Positions 9,301-17,911 of a stretch of 39,289 nucleotides of DNA are shown one piece after another. The stretch covers positions 1 to 39,289 of the forward strand of contig JAHFNN010000007.1 in assembly GCA_023267315.1 (NCBI GenBank), written 5' to 3'. The notes below the pieces were generated by a model. It ran no database searches. It was given only the letters and a program-made list of their open reading frames with translations, and had not been told where the DNA came from. The translations under genes and the position numbers were made by a program. Source of the stretch: Candidatus Nomurabacteria bacterium (GTDB lineage: Bacteria > Patescibacteriota > Minisyncoccia > Phycocordibacterales > UBA9973). Position 1 is the first letter of the stretch. Each line of letters begins with the position of its first letter.

Positions 9301-12300
9301 ATGGTCGGGCCAGTTTCACCTGCTTCTACTCGATATAATATTTGGGCTGATTCATTACTTGGATCATTCACTACGTCAGATCGTTATTTTGGGATAAATG
9401 GAATGGGTCAATTTGATGTGTATATGGCGCAACAATCTGATCCAGAAATTACAGGGACACTTGAGTATCCAATCTTTGATATCCTAGGACAGAATAAAGA
9501 TGGTGTTATTGTTTATAAGACACCAGCATATACACTTGCGCCTAGTGGTGTTTTGCGAGGTCTTTCCACTGGACACACATTCAGATCTTCTCTGTATAAT
9601 GGTTTGTATCAAAATATAAAGACTCCTTCTACTTCATACTTTATACCAATTGCACAAGGTCCAATGATTGATACGTCTGTTTGGGGTGTAAACGCAAACA
9701 ATTCTGGAGGTATGATTTCTGCGCTGCCAGAGACGAACTCATTATATGTAAACCAAGGAAGAGGGAACGATTTCTGGGGGTACTATAATTCTCCTAGTTT
9801 CCATGATTATTCGATTCCATATACTATTAGTATTGATGGAAAGCTAACGAAAACTGGAAATATTCCATACAACACTTCGACTGGATATTATCCTTCTCTC
9901 ACCCTTGATCAAAGCACTGATCCAATCCCAAAAACACAGTCAGGTTTATATTCTGTTACTACTACTCACAACTATCAAACTCAAGGAATTCCTCTTACCG
10001 CCAAAACAACTGTTACATTTACTGTAAGTGCAACTCCACATGACGCAAATCCTCCACGATTAATCGATTTACAGATACGAGGTGGTGGATATACACAAGA
10101 GGTGATTGATAGTAATCTTGCAAATACATTAGCATTTAGTCTAGATCATGTTGCTGGTGTAACGGGATGGCCGGAAGAGACGGTTCTTACAGGAGGTTCA
10201 CTTGCCTCTGTTTCCGCTTCATACAAATCTCATACGGATTCAAATTGGACAAATCTTTCTATTGCACAAACCTCTGGTGAATATACCGCTCCAATTTCAG
10301 TAATTTCTGGTGCTGCATTGTATGATTTCAAGATTTTTGCAAAGGATCAGGATGGTAATACTTATACGTATGAGTTCAGTGTTCCGTCAGGGTCAGGTGT
10401 TTCATTACCAAGTGCCACTGATGACACCACTCCACCCTCAGCGCCAGCAAATGTTTTGGTTACCACAACAGGCACTACTGCCACTATTACTTGGGATCCA
10501 TCTACTGATACAGGTGGCTCGGGTCTTGCGGGCTATAATGTTTTCAAAAAAAATCCTGATACTTCAAGAACAAATCTAAATACTACACCGGTTACTGGAA
10601 CTTCGTATACTGTCACGGGGCTTACTCCTTCGAAGGCGTATGTTATGGGGGTAGAATCTATAGATAAAGCAGGCAATGTATCTCAGGAAGTTGTATTTTT
10701 CGCAATAACAACATCGGATACTACAGCTCCATCGGTTCCTACTAATCTTGTTTCTTCAAGTAAAACGACCTCAAGTGTCTCTCTTTCATGGTCAGCGTCG
10801 ACAGATGATGTTGGTGTAACTGGTTATGAAGTATTTAAAAATGGTCAATCGGTCGGCACAACAACTACTACCTCATTCACTGCATCAAATCTCCTTGCTG
10901 GTACTCAATATTCATTTACAGTTCGAGCACGTGATGCTGTTGGTAATTATTCTGCTCAGTCTAGTGCCTTACTTGTAACAACAAATAATGCAGCTGACAC
11001 AACCCCACCAGTAATTTCTGCCATAAGCGCCTCATCAATTACTTCAAGTGGTGCTGTAGTTAAATTTACTACAGATGAAAGTGCTAATACGGAAATATAT
11101 TATGGTACTGTGTCATCGACATATCCATTTTCACTTGTCGATAATTCAATGGCCATTTCCCACAACATTACTCTTTCGGGTCTTTCTGCAAATACAAAAT
11201 ATTATTACATTGTTAAATCAAAAGATGGAGTGGGAAATCCAAGTACTTCGTCAGAAAACTCATTCACTACACTTACTGCATCTGACACAACACTTCCTAT
11301 TGTTACCGCATTCACTATTCCTGCTACTAATGGATCATTAGTAGTTCCAATAACCACATTTACTGCAAGTGATAATATTGGTGTCACTGGATATTTGGTG
11401 AATGAATCATCAACTAAACCAACAATCGGCGCTTCTGGCTGGAGCACAACAAAACAAACAAGTTATACTTTTGTATCAGCTGGTACAAAAACAATCTATG
11501 CTTGGGTGAAAGATGCTGCAGGAAATATTTCAGCAAGTAGAAGTGCTTCTGTTACCATATCTATTACTACAAACATTCCTCCGTCAATTACTCCACTTTC
11601 TTCAGTAACCCTCTCTCTCCCAACGCACACTCTCGCACTCTCTCCAGTTGTGAGTGATGACAACTATAATGGTTCAAAAGTTACGGCAACGTGGAGTGGT
11701 ACGAACGTTGTTTTTACTCCAATAACAACAACTGGGACTGCGCCAATCACTGCTGCAACCACTGCAACTTTCCCAAGTACCGCTGGGTCGTACCCAATTA
11801 CTCTTACCGCAACAGATGGTACCTTAGTTACTACTGTAACTATGATGGTTACTATAGCCACAGCGGGTACGTGTGCATCTCCATTTTCAGATAATTTCAA
11901 TACCACAACACTCAATTCTTGTTGGAGTAAGGTTTCTGGTGGCTGGAGTATCCTAAACAATCAACTTACCAATGGGGCGACCGCGACTACTCAACTTATT
12001 ACTATCCCAACAATTGTAGGTTCAACTCAATCAGTAACTGTTACGATTACTCCAACAAATACCCAAGCTACAAAGATGGGTGTTGTTCTTCGACAGCAGG
12101 CAGGGAACTACTATATCTGTGATAAGGAATATGGTGGTTCTGCGATCTACCGTATATCTAAAGTTACAAATAATACTGCCCCTGTCTCACTTGCAACGAT
12201 TGCCTCAAATAATACTCTTGGTTCCTACACTTTCACCTGTTCAATTTCAGGGTCAACAATCACTATAACGACCCCTGTGGGCACTAAAACAATTACAGAT

Positions 12301-12390
12301 ACTTCATTCACTACTGGTGCCACTGGTCTTTATTATGCTGGTCCAGCAGTCGCGCAGAAGTATGATGATGTCAGTGTAAGTGTTCAATAA
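6373..12390 (+). CDS. Giant membrane-anchored subtilisin-like serine protease (peptidase S8) with Fn3, Ig-like, PKD-like and C-terminal lectin/LamG-like domains
   Basis: Catalytic triad motifs: GIIDSGV (Asp codon 7090..7092), HGTHVAATAAG (His 7222..7224) and GTSMATPHVAG (Ser 7834..7836). N-terminal anchor FLAVGVFIAVILVVVL. Fn3 repeats begin with DTTPPSAP / DTTAPSVP. ATG 6373 is preferred over the GTG at 6358 used by the ORF track. Confidence 0.9.
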   Translation: MKKTKIFLAVGVFIAVILVVVLGRIMLNQKFNGNQQAAANSAIVTSSDGRILSKEMQVGLLGVDAEYGVNSGVSLIPGKGYIEEPELSSESLGVMVVLKDDPLGKNYEQLHKNGLSKADIKSKIALKAQDIRSKHEALKSFIKQKTKKNLIGPGQKQNGALRIQEYKNALNAISFRDISYEEAKTLFAGRTDIASISRNKLVSIDLNDSVPQMDVPDVWKLYGPVGVPLDGTGTTIGIIDSGVQYTHPDLGGCYGNNNPLSTCKVVGGYDFVNHDNDPTDDNGHGTHVAATAAGNGTLITDTGTIPLPGVAPGAKIYAYKVMNNRGSGGSDDIIAGIERCTDPNQDGDLSDHLDVCSMSLGSSSGDPDDDMSIAVDNASAVGTVFTIAAGNSGPGAQTIGSPGTSRSAITVAASCKTAQIGKDGQCTTPIANFSSRGPVKWTDAGGIDQTLMKPDIAAVGHMICAAKASFVVGGSPCGPDHFAISGTSMATPHVAGAAAIVREAHPEFSAAEIKKALMDHARDLGLPGTVQGAGEVDLAGTINAISISTNEVDIQGSPVTFADPTTSLTQTFTKNVSLKNKTNAPVTATFSLVNNQAGYDMVLNDTNGKAISSAVLPANATVSFTVSVTVHHDVARTANIFSGLVKISTGPATNQKLQFSVVVTSDHRISSTITSFNYDLVAPSGDTKNESFTITNKLIDAPVTLTAKVRCCTSGSGVMTDLGGTINSQASYSFTLAKGEQKTLAMKLAIPSSLMNTNYTGYIDITSSLENFSIPITFFKGYKISIDFDAVRPTVINMKNELTGGSMAIWLPGNSQTNLYFGTNGPYDVMALWNDTTLNKWDTIVVRDSIDPAVTPRISLKKSDAVYEQKFDFRDRYNNAVVGNYMGSVLTASKGTKGFSFWASTSLSSLWTNAMPDTYTIEYAAFKNNPATVFGAAIKGVTASKTFTNSPNDLKKFIAKSFDPNIPNFSFEVGAQMVGPVSPASTRYNIWADSLLGSFTTSDRYFGINGMGQFDVYMAQQSDPEITGTLEYPIFDILGQNKDGVIVYKTPAYTLAPSGVLRGLSTGHTFRSSLYNGLYQNIKTPSTSYFIPIAQGPMIDTSVWGVNANNSGGMISALPETNSLYVNQGRGNDFWGYYNSPSFHDYSIPYTISIDGKLTKTGNIPYNTSTGYYPSLTLDQSTDPIPKTQSGLYSVTTTHNYQTQGIPLTAKTTVTFTVSATPHDANPPRLIDLQIRGGGYTQEVIDSNLANTLAFSLDHVAGVTGWPEETVLTGGSLASVSASYKSHTDSNWTNLSIAQTSGEYTAPISVISGAALYDFKIFAKDQDGNTYTYEFSVPSGSGVSLPSATDDTTPPSAPANVLVTTTGTTATITWDPSTDTGGSGLAGYNVFKKNPDTSRTNLNTTPVTGTSYTVTGLTPSKAYVMGVESIDKAGNVSQEVVFFAITTSDTTAPSVPTNLVSSSKTTSSVSLSWSASTDDVGVTGYEVFKNGQSVGTTTTTSFTASNLLAGTQYSFTVRARDAVGNYSAQSSALLVTTNNAADTTPPVISAISASSITSSGAVVKFTTDESANTEIYYGTVSSTYPFSLVDNSMAISHNITLSGLSANTKYYYIVKSKDGVGNPSTSSENSFTTLTASDTTLPIVTAFTIPATNGSLVVPITTFTASDNIGVTGYLVNESSTKPTIGASGWSTTKQTSYTFVSAGTKTIYAWVKDAAGNISASRSASVTISITTNIPPSITPLSSVTLSLPTHTLALSPVVSDDNYNGSKVTATWSGTNVVFTPITTTGTAPITAATTATFPSTAGSYPITLTATDGTLVTTVTMMVTIATAGTCASPFSDNFNTTTLNSCWSKVSGGWSILNNQLTNGATATTQLITIPTIVGSTQSVTVTITPTNTQATKMGVVLRQQAGNYYICDKEYGGSAIYRISKVTNNTAPVSLATIASNNTLGSYTFTCSISGSTITITTPVGTKTITDTSFTTGATGLYYAGPAVAQKYDDVSVSVQ

Positions 12391-12398
12391 GAGAAAAT

Positions 12399-12448
12399 AA
12401 ACCACCCAGCAAAAAACTCCCTTGAGGGAGTTTTTTGCTGGGTGGTTT
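12399..12448 (+). terminator. Very strong intrinsic terminator
   Basis: Perfect ~23-bp stem aaaccacccagcaaaaaactccc / gggagttttttgctgggtggttt with a 4-nt loop. Confidence 0.85.
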
Positions 12449-12475
12449 GCAAAAAACCAGTATATGTCATATAGT
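12447..12475 (+). promoter_or_regulatory. Candidate sigma70-type promoter for fusA
   Basis: TTGCAA (12447..12452), a 17-nt spacer, then TATAGT (12470..12475), about 130 nt upstream of the fusA ATG. Confidence 0.4.
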
Positions 12476-12608
12476 ATTGGCACGACTTTCCGGAGTCGTT
12501 TTTTATTATGACGAGCGATAGATGTGTGGCAGTGTACTCACTGACAGGATATCTGAGTGATGTCGTATTAATGTACTCATTATTACTTTTAAGCAAAATA
12601 AGTTATTT

Positions 12609-14759
12609 ATGGAACGAGATTATCCACTAGAGAAAGTACGAAATATTGGAATTATTGCCCACATTGATGCGGGTAAAACTACGACCACCGAACGTGTGCT
12701 CTACTACACGGGTGTGTCACACAAGATTGGTGAAGTGCACGATGGTGAAACTACCACCGACTGGATGGAGCAGGAACGAGAACGTGGCATCACGATTACT
12801 TCAGCTGCGGTTACTTGTTTTTGGACACCAACATACGCACTCACTGATAAGACAAAAAAGAATCGCTTTAACATCATTGATACCCCTGGACACATCGACT
12901 TTACCGTCGAAGTGAAGCGCTCACTTCGCGTGCTCGACGGTGCAGTGGTTGTATTTGACGGTGTTGCAGGAGTAGAACCGCAATCTGAAACCAACTGGCG
13001 TTACGCTGATGAAGCAATGGTGCCACGTATTTGTTTCATAAACAAACTCGATCGTACCGGTGCTTCATTTGAACATTCATACAAGACGATTCTTGAACGT
13101 CTTTCAAAGAAAGCTGTTCGTATGCAGATCCCGATCGGTCTTGAAGAAAAGCATGAAGGTGTGATCGACTTACTCCGTATGAAGGCGTACTACTTCGAAG
13201 GGGACATGGGTAACAAAGTAATAGAAAAAGATATTCCGGAAGAATATAAAGCTGATGCGGAAAAATACCACAGCGAACTCATTGAAACCATTGTTTCTCA
13301 TGATGATGCAGCAATGACTGCATATCTTGATGGAAAGACTCCAGATCTTGATGCATTGAAAAAGATTCTTCGAAAAGCGGTAATCGCAAATGAAGTATTC
13401 CCAGTATTTGCAGGATCAGCGCTTAAAAATAAAGGAGTACAGCTTGTACTCGACGGTGTTGTTGACTACTTGCCAGCTCCTACAGATATTAAACCAGTGA
13501 CTGGTATCAATCCTGACAACGACCAGCCTGTATCACGAAGCGCATCTGACTCTGAACCATTTGCTGCGCTCGCGTTTAAGGTGGCGACTGATCCATTCGT
13601 AGGACAACTCATCTTCTTCCGCGTGTACTCTGGTACGCTCACTGCTGGATCATATGTATACAATCCTCGTACTCGTAATAAAGAGCGCATCGGCCGAATT
13701 CTTCGAATGCATGCAAATGATCGAGAAGAAGTGAAGAAAGTATTTGCAGGAGAAATCGCAGCAGCGGTAGGACTCAAAGATACAATTACTTCAGATACTA
13801 TCTGTGAAGAAGAAAATCCGATCGAACTTGATCGTATTGTCTTCCCTGAACCAGTTATTTCACTTCGTATTGAACCAAAGACAAAAGCTGACCAAGAAAA
13901 AATGGGTATGGCACTCAACCGTCTTGCACAAGAAGACCCAACATTCCGTGTATCAACTGATCAAGAAACAAATGAAACAATTATCGCTGGAATGGGAGAA
14001 CTCCATTTGGAAATCATTGTTGATCGTATGAAGCGTGAATTTACCGTTGAAGCAAACGTTGGTAAACCACAAGTTGCGTATCGTGAGACGATTACGGGTG
14101 AAGCTGATGCTGAAGGTAAATACATTAAGCAGTCCGGAGGACGTGGAAACTATGGTCACGTGAAGATCAAAGTGAAGCCAATGGATATGACTCTTACGAA
14201 AGAAGAAATTGAAGATCTACCAAAGAATGTTAAACGTGAAGCACACTTTGAATTTATCAATGACATCAAAGGAGGTGCGATTCCACAAGAGTATATTGCT
14301 CCATCAGAAAAAGGATTCCGTGAAGGTTTGGACCGTGGAATCTTAGCAGGATTTAAAATGGTGGATGTTTCCGTGACCCTCTGGGATGGATCATTCCATG
14401 AAGTGGACTCAAACGAAATGGCCTTCAAGATTGCTGCTTCAATGGCAATTCAAGATGCAGCACGACGTGCTCGACCTGTTATTCTTGAACCAATGATGAA
14501 GGTGGAAGTGATTACCCCTGATAAATTCATGGGAGACGTCACGGGGAACCTCTCGTCAAAGCGTGGACTTATTGAAGGAATGGAAGATCGTGGTATGAAC
14601 AAAGTCGTGAAGGCGGTGGTACCACTTTCGGAAATGTTCGGATACATGACCTCACTTCGTTCAATGACTGAAGGACGCGCAGGATTCACAATGGAATTCT
14701 TGAGATATGATATCGTGCCACAAAACGTTGCTGACGAAATCATTAAGAACAGAAAATAA
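12609..14759 (+). CDS. fusA: Translation elongation factor G
   Basis: 716 aa. GTPase motifs [14 protein letters not shown] and NKLD, plus the conserved EF-G domain IV/V sequence ([18 protein letters not shown]). Confidence 0.97.
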   Translation: MERDYPLEKVRNIGIIAHIDAGKTTTTERVLYYTGVSHKIGEVHDGETTTDWMEQERERGITITSAAVTCFWTPTYALTDKTKKNRFNIIDTPGHIDFTVEVKRSLRVLDGAVVVFDGVAGVEPQSETNWRYADEAMVPRICFINKLDRTGASFEHSYKTILERLSKKAVRMQIPIGLEEKHEGVIDLLRMKAYYFEGDMGNKVIEKDIPEEYKADAEKYHSELIETIVSHDDAAMTAYLDGKTPDLDALKKILRKAVIANEVFPVFAGSALKNKGVQLVLDGVVDYLPAPTDIKPVTGINPDNDQPVSRSASDSEPFAALAFKVATDPFVGQLIFFRVYSGTLTAGSYVYNPRTRNKERIGRILRMHANDREEVKKVFAGEIAAAVGLKDTITSDTICEEENPIELDRIVFPEPVISLRIEPKTKADQEKMGMALNRLAQEDPTFRVSTDQETNETIIAGMGELHLEIIVDRMKREFTVEANVGKPQVAYRETITGEADAEGKYIKQSGGRGNYGHVKIKVKPMDMTLTKEEIEDLPKNVKREAHFEFINDIKGGAIPQEYIAPSEKGFREGLDRGILAGFKMVDVSVTLWDGSFHEVDSNEMAFKIAASMAIQDAARRARPVILEPMMKVEVITPDKFMGDVTGNLSSKRGLIEGMEDRGMNKVVKAVVPLSEMFGYMTSLRSMTEGRAGFTMEFLRYDIVPQNVADEIIKNRK

Positions 14760-14770
14760 TTATATAAATA

Positions 14771-14804
14771 AAAATCATCCGTAAATCGGATGATTTTTAT
14801 TTTA
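14771..14804 (+). terminator. Intrinsic terminator after fusA
   Basis: aaaatcatccg-taaat-cggatgatttt followed by a T-run. Confidence 0.8.
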
Positions 14805-14931
14805 GTAAGATATCAGTGCTGTGTATAACTTTTTTGCAGTACTGAGAAAAAAAGACTATTGTAGTATATATAAGAATTAGTTCGAGTCGAAAGTATTTAC
14901 TACATTAAAGTTTACTAGTCATAAACAATTT

Positions 14932-15744
14932 ATGAACAAATCAAAAAGCAATTCAATTATTATCGCGCTTCTTTGCATTATTATCATTTTTCTAGTGATT
15001 TTGGTATTTGGTGGAACCAAAAACGGTATGAATGTCGCAGTTAATGCAGATGATCAGTCCGCAGCAGCAGGAGGAAAAACTCCACCACCACCAATTATAA
15101 CCAATACTTTCCCAGTTACGGTTGGTAATCCAGGTGTCGGAAGAGACATTCCGGATCAAGGGTCAATCAGTAATTATCCTAATCGAAATGGGAATAACTT
15201 ACTAGAATTCCAGTATCCTTTAGGAACACCACTGAGTAAAATAGATCTATACGTAGATTCTGCACTTTATCAATCAAGAACTTTTGGTCCTACAGATGCA
15301 GCCACTAATACGATAATGTTTCTTATTAACCATGATACGGCTGCGATAGGAAAAGGTATGCACTCAGTATATGCATTGGCGTATGCGACCGATGGAAATA
15401 TTTCACAGTCGAACACTATACACATCTATGTGAATAACACGACTCATTTCAATGGATGGAATATCTTTAATCCAAAAAATGGCGCAACAATTTCCGGTAC
15501 CTATACCCTCCGAAGCGGTGCATTCTTAGCTCAAAATTCTGGTACAGTAACGAAAGTTGAATTCTATGCTGATGGAAAATTGCTCGGTAATGGAACCGCG
15601 TATACTCTTGTGGCAGGGATATATGAATATGTTTTGGACACAACCAAACTTTCAAATGGTACGCATCAACTTATGGTAAAAGCATACGGATCAGGTGGTG
15701 ATGTTGTTACATCGCTTCCGGATACGGTTACTGTTGCAAACTAA
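14932..15744 (+). CDS. Membrane-anchored exoprotein with Ig-like domains (paralogous to 5425..6228)
   Basis: 270 aa with anchor IIIALLCIIIIFLVILVF and the juxtamembrane motif DDQSAAAGG. The C-terminal domain VEFYADGKLLG...LDTTKLSNGTHQLMVKAYGSGGD parallels 5425..6228 and the Ig-like domains of 23826..27581. Confidence 0.7.
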   Translation: MNKSKSNSIIIALLCIIIIFLVILVFGGTKNGMNVAVNADDQSAAAGGKTPPPPIITNTFPVTVGNPGVGRDIPDQGSISNYPNRNGNNLLEFQYPLGTPLSKIDLYVDSALYQSRTFGPTDAATNTIMFLINHDTAAIGKGMHSVYALAYATDGNISQSNTIHIYVNNTTHFNGWNIFNPKNGATISGTYTLRSGAFLAQNSGTVTKVEFYADGKLLGNGTAYTLVAGIYEYVLDTTKLSNGTHQLMVKAYGSGGDVVTSLPDTVTVAN

Positions 15745-15782
15745 TCAAAGAAGATATTGTATTTGTAATACAGGATATCAAC

Positions 15783-15810
15783 AATCGCTCGGATTCATAT
15801 CCGAGCGATT
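15783..15810 (+). terminator. Hairpin after the exoprotein gene (possible terminator with a weak U-tract)
   Basis: 12-bp perfect stem aatcgctcggat / atccgagcgatt. The downstream T-run is poor (ctgatat). Confidence 0.45.
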
Positions 15811-15865
15811 CTGATATAATAACTATGCATTACATTGGTCGAAAAAATAATTTCAAATTATAACT

Positions 15866-16090
15866 ATGGAAAATCAACAAATGAATGTCTGTGCTTCAGG
15901 TAACTGTGGATGCACTCACCATCACATCCTGCCAATCTTCATGATCTTGATTGGTGCAACATTCCTATTGGGAGCATGTAAGGCGATTGATCCAGTGATG
16001 GTAAGTTATATCTGGCCATTCCTTCTTATCGTTGGCGGTATCGCTAAAATGTTTTCACACGGATGCGGTTGTGGTGAAAAGAAAAATTAA
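15866..16090 (+). CDS. Small two-TM membrane protein with Cys/His-rich termini
   Basis: 74 aa. The N-terminus carries CASGNCGCTHHH, followed by two hydrophobic helices, and the C-terminus carries HGCGCGEKKN. A terminator follows. Confidence 0.55.
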   Translation: MENQQMNVCASGNCGCTHHHILPIFMILIGATFLLGACKAIDPVMVSYIWPFLLIVGGIAKMFSHGCGCGEKKN

Positions 16091-16108
16091 GTTCTGTTTT
16101 TGTCTACT

Positions 16109-16141
16109 AAAAAACACCCCACTTTATCGGGGGTGTTTTTA
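16109..16141 (+). terminator. Intrinsic terminator
   Basis: aaaaacacccc...gggggtgttttt: a GC stem followed by a T-run. Confidence 0.75.
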
Positions 16142-16212
16142 CATAGATGGCTGTTTACTAAATATGATCATTCGTTTACAATTGATGTATTATAAACAAT
16201 CTAATTTTTTTT

Positions 16213-16365
16213 ATGCAAAATAACAACTTTTTCTCAAAGCATTCCAATTTACCAATTCTTCTCTTAGTGCTCTTGGTTGTCATCGGTCTCTCAATCAGTA
16301 TTATGGTGACGATCCAAGCTGACGCTGGAGTGCCTTCAACAACAGCGTCTGCTGGGCAGTACTAA
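16213..16365 (+). CDS. Candidate 50-aa single-TM peptide (below the ORF-track cutoff)
   Basis: My own translation is MQNNNFFSKHSNLPILLLVLLVVIGLSISIMVTIQADAGVPSTTASAGQY-stop. A hairpin terminator follows at 16395..16426. Confidence 0.35.
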   Translation: MQNNNFFSKHSNLPILLLVLLVVIGLSISIMVTIQADAGVPSTTASAGQY

Positions 16366-16394
16366 ATATCTCGTCAGCGTCATTTTGAAATATA

Positions 16395-16426
16395 AAAAGG
16401 CATCCCGCGGAAGCGTGATGCCTTTT
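16395..16426. terminator. Bidirectional hairpin between the small peptide ORF and purD
   Basis: aaaaaggcatc...gatgcctttt, lying between convergent genes. Confidence 0.6.
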
Positions 16427-16451
16427 ACTGTATTTAATTAAAATCAAATCA

Positions 16452-17777
16452 TTAAGATACGGCTTCCAGAGCCAGAATATCTTCTCCAATGTCTGTTCGG
16501 CATGTTTTACGATCGAATGTTATTTTCGCTTCGTTCTCATAGCAGATACTGCGCGCTTCGTTGATGTCTGCTCCGTGGGCAGTGAGTGCAATTACTCTGC
16601 CGCCCGAAGTTACGATCGTTTCTCCATCAGCAAGAAGTGCTGTGCCTGCGTGTTGCACTCTGCAGTTGGTTACCTGGTTGAGTCCAGTAATTACTTTACC
16701 TTTTTCATATAAACCAGGATATCCGCCTGAGCAGAGTATGAGCGTAACTGAAACACCTCTTTCAAAATCAATAGTACATTCATCAATGTTATTCTTTGCA
16801 ACTCCGAGCAGGAGTTGCATGAATCCATCACCTTTGATTTGAGGTAGTTGATTTTCAGTTTCCGGATCACCGCCACGGGAGTTGATTTCCAGCACCCATA
16901 CGTGTCCATGTATATCAAGAATGCATCCGATATACAGGAATCCTTTGTAGGGGGTGCGGCGTTGTTTCATTCCATAAATTACCTTGTTGATAATTGTGTG
17001 GATCTGATCATCAACTCTTTTTGTTATGAATGGAAGTGAACTGACAATTCCCATACCACCTGTCATAGGTCCTTGGTCACCATCCTGCGCCCTCTTGTAA
17101 TCCTTTACGTAAGGCAGCATTTTATAGTTATTTCCGTCGGTTAGACAGATTGCTGAAAACTCAGTACCTTTGATGAATTCTTCAATTAATACCGGACCAG
17201 TCACGAATTCTTTGAAAAGTGATCGCATGTCTTCTTTCGCACCACCAAGATACGTAGAGATCCTCACTCCCTTACCAAGGGCCGGGCCGTCCTTTTTTAG
17301 TACATACGGACTATGATATCTTGTGTGCTCCAGTACGTGCAGTCCTTCTTCGACAGAATCAACGGCGCTGTATGATGCCGTTGGTATGCCGAATTCAATC
17401 ATGAATTTTTTTGCAAACAGTTTGCTTGTTTCAAGCATGGCTGCTTTTTTTGTCGGGCCAACGAGGAGAATTTCTCTCACCTTGCGATCACCATCGTTCA
17501 TAAAACTGTCGATAATGCCTTTTTGCAAGTATTCTTCCGAGCCGACTACAAGCATCGTAGCTTTTTGTTTAAGCATGAATGTTTTCAACTCCTCCCACTC
17601 ATTTTTGTGATTGAGTGGAATGACCACATCTTTCGGGGTCCATCCTCGCAGTATCGTGCCAGCATTACCTGGTAATACGATAGGAGCACCTCCTCCTTGT
17701 TCAACAGCTTCTGCCATTGCAAATCCGCGACCACCAGCATCGATGATCACTACTTTTTTCAGGGCTTTCTTTGCCAT
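16452..17777 (-). CDS. purD: Phosphoribosylamine-glycine ligase (GAR synthetase)
   Basis: 441 aa. N-terminus VVIIDAGGRGFAMAEAV...LPGNAGT, with an ATP-grasp core (EEFIKGTEFS, LEINSRGGDPE), as in the PurD family. Confidence 0.85.
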   Translation of the reverse strand: MAKKALKKVVIIDAGGRGFAMAEAVEQGGGAPIVLPGNAGTILRGWTPKDVVIPLNHKNEWEELKTFMLKQKATMLVVGSEEYLQKGIIDSFMNDGDRKVREILLVGPTKKAAMLETSKLFAKKFMIEFGIPTASYSAVDSVEEGLHVLEHTRYHSPYVLKKDGPALGKGVRISTYLGGAKEDMRSLFKEFVTGPVLIEEFIKGTEFSAICLTDGNNYKMLPYVKDYKRAQDGDQGPMTGGMGIVSSLPFITKRVDDQIHTIINKVIYGMKQRRTPYKGFLYIGCILDIHGHVWVLEINSRGGDPETENQLPQIKGDGFMQLLLGVAKNNIDECTIDFERGVSVTLILCSGGYPGLYEKGKVITGLNQVTNCRVQHAGTALLADGETIVTSGGRVIALTAHGADINEARSICYENEAKITFDRKTCRTDIGEDILALEAVS

Positions 17778-17817
17778 ACGCTTTTGATTTTAATTAAGTT
17801 ATGAAATGAATTTACCG

Positions 17818-17835
17818 TTGATGCCTCTGCATCAA
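17818..17835. promoter_or_regulatory. Perfect inverted repeat in the divergent purD/purN intergenic region (candidate operator)
   Basis: TTGATGC-ctct-GCATCAA at 17818..17835, centred in the 134-nt divergent promoter region. Confidence 0.3.
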
Positions 17836-17911
17836 TTCCGTTCATTTATACCCGCTTGCGTGCGTGGTGTCAATGCGTTATGCTCCAACTGAAACTTAAA
17901 ATCTGAACGTT

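Noticed and set aside
12399-12448. The 23-bp perfect inverted repeat interpreted as a mobile-element terminal repeat or recombination site.
   Set aside because: It is a single copy located immediately after a stop codon, with T-rich 3-prime flanks. It behaves as a strong terminator, and there is no partner repeat or transposase.
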